A stretch of 64,000 nt of DNA from Haliotis rufescens (lineage: Eukaryota). Position numbers and translations under genes: made by a program. Position 1 is the stretch's first letter. The number at the start of each line of letters is the position of its first letter. The stretch lies in the NCBI RefSeq assembly GCF_023055435.1, contig NW_025963779.1, positions 88,102,001-88,166,000 on the forward strand. Direction: 5' to 3'. This document shows positions 61,626 to 64,000 of the stretch, piece by piece. The notes below the pieces were generated by a model. That model ran no database searches. It was not told where the DNA came from and was given only the letters and a program-made list of their open reading frames with translations.

Positions 61626-64000
61626 GGTAGAAAGACCTGTGACAGGTTCACATACTATCTGGTACCCATGTATACAACCAACATACCTTGTCTAAAGGCA
61701 GTGTCTCCACTAGATACATACATAGGTAGATAGACCTGTGACAGGTTCACATACTATCTGGTACCCATGTATACAACCAACATACCTTGTCTAAAGGCAG
61801 TGTCTCCACTAGATACATACATAGGTAGAGAGACCTGTGACAGGTTCACATACCCTCTGGTACCCATGTATACAACCAACATACCTTGTCTAAAGGCAGT
61901 GTCTCCACTAGATACATACATAGGTAGAGAGACCTGTGACAGGTTCACATACTCTCTGGTACCCATGTATACAACCCACATACCTTGTTGAGTTGCAGTG
62001 TCTCCACTAGATACATAGGTAGATAGACCTGTGACAGGTTCACATACAGTCTGGTACACATGTATACAACCAACATACCTTGTTGAGATGCAGTGTCTCC
62101 ACTAGATACATAGGTAGATAGACCTGTGACAGGTTCACATACAGTCTGGTACCCATGTATACAACCAACATACCTTGTTGAGACGCAGTGTCTCCACTAC
62201 ATACATACATAGGTAGATAGACCTGTGACAGGTTCACATACAGTCTGGTACACATGTATACAACCAACATACCTTGTTGAGATGCAGTGTCTCCACTAGA
62301 TACATACATAGGTAGATAGACCTGTGACAGGTTCACATACAGTCTGGTACACATGTATACAACCAACATACCTTGTTGAGTTGCAGTCTCTCCACTAGAT
62401 ACATAGGCAGAAAGACCTGTGACAGGTTCACATACAGTCTGGTACACATGTATACAACCAACATACCTTGTTGAGATGCAGTGTCTCCACTAGATACATA
62501 GGTAGATAGACCTGTGACAGGTTCACATACAGTCTGGTACCCATGTATACAACCAACATACCTTGTTGAGATGCAGTGTCTCCACTAGATACATACATAG
62601 GTAGATAGACCTGTGACAGGTTCACATACAGTCTGGTACACATGTATACAACCAACATACCTTGTTGAGATGCAGTGTCTCCACTAGATACATAGGTAGA
62701 TAGACCTGTGACAGGTTCACATACAGTCTGGTACCCATGTATACAACCAACATACCTTGTTGAGTTGCAGTCTCTCCACTAGATACATAGGCAGAAAGAC
62801 CTGTGACAGGTTCACATACAGTCTGGTACACATGTATACAACCAACATACCTTGTTGAGATGCAGTGTCTCCACTAGATACATAGGTAGATAGACCTGTG
62901 ACAGGTTCACATACAGTCTGGTACCCATGTATACAACCAACATACCTTGTTGAGATGCAGTGTCTCCACTAGATACATACATAGGTAGATAGACCTGTGA
63001 CAGGTTCACATACAGTCTGGTACACATGTATACAACCAACATACCTTGTTGAGATGCAGTGTCTCCACTAGATACATAGGTAGATAGACCTGTGACAGGT
63101 TCACATACAGTCTGGTACCCATGTATACAACCAACATACCTTGTTGAGTTGCAGTCTCTCCACTAGATACATAGGCAGAAAGACCTGTGACAGGTTCACA
63201 TACAGTCTGGTACACATGTATACAACCAACATACCTTGTTGAGATGCAGTGTCTCCACTAGATACATAGGTAGATAGACCTGTGACAGGTTCACATACAG
63301 TCTGGTACCCATGTATACAACCAACATACCTTGTTGAGTTGCAGTCTCTCCACTAGATACATAGGCAGAAAGACCTGTGACAGGTTCACATACAGTCTGG
63401 TACACATGTATACAACCAACATACCTTGTTGAGATGCAGTGTCTCCACTAGATACATAGGTAGATAGACCTGTGACAGGTTCACATACAGTCTGGTACCC
63501 ATGTATACAACCAACATACCTTGTTGAGATGCAGTGTCTCCACTAGATACATACATAGGTAGATAGACCTGTGACAGGTTCACATACAGTCTGGTACACA
63601 TGTATACAACCAACATACCTTGTTGAGATGCAGTGTCTCCACTAGATACATACATAGGTAGATAGACCTGTGACAGGTTCACATACAGTCTGGTACACAT
63701 GTATACAACCAACATACCTTGTTGAGATGCAGTGTCTCCACTAGATACATACATAGGTAGATAGACCTGTGACAGGTTCACATACAGTCTGGTACCCATG
63801 TATACAACCAACATACCTTGTTGAGATGCAGTGTCTCCACTAGATACATACATAGGTAGATAGACCTGTGACAGGTTCACATACAGTCTGGTACACATGT
63901 ATACAACCAACATACCTTGTTGAGATGCAGTGTCTCCACTAGATACATAGGTAGATAGACCTGTGACAGGTTCACATACAGTCTGGTACACATGTATACA
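61626..64000 (-). repeat. 95/99 bp tandem array of an entire MFSD12 exon plus its donor site (about 25 copies, continues past the window end)
   Basis: Each unit encodes LVVYMCTRLYVNLSQVYLPMYLVETLHLNK (MFSD12 LYMTTRLIVNLSQTYMAMYL...LHLPK) and is followed by gtatgt. Confidence 0.93.

Overview
Eukaryotic, intron-rich and repeat-rich animal genomic DNA. The SINE and MITE families suggest a mollusc, possibly an abalone-like gastropod (inference). Three spliced genes can be reconstructed from GT-AG sites with consistent phases. (1) The 3' end of an ADAMTS-like/punctin (MADD-4/ADAMTSL1/3-type) gene on +, with TSP1 repeats, one Ig domain and a terminal PLAC domain; five exons at 1477-8290. (2) A complete PRCC gene on +, seven exons at 24644-38703, about 486 aa. 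(3) The 3' half of MFSD12 on -, exons from 61450 to 48372, continuing beyond the window. Introns and intergenic DNA carry several tRNA-derived SINE families with target-site duplications, TA- and 8-bp-TSD MITEs (some nested), a decayed Penelope-like RT and many minisatellites. Most long ORFs in the supplied track are repeat artefacts. The most unusual pattern is that large intronic tandem arrays sit at exon-intron junctions and several are built from the junction itself. They include an acceptor array in the ADAMTSL gene, two donor arrays in PRCC, and about 25 tandem copies of an entire MFSD12 exon plus its donor. MFSD12 also appears to hide a duplicated alternative last-TM exon and SINE-disrupted relic exons. 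A SINE-anchored multi-template rearrangement links loci at 14, 17, 20-21 and 56 kb.
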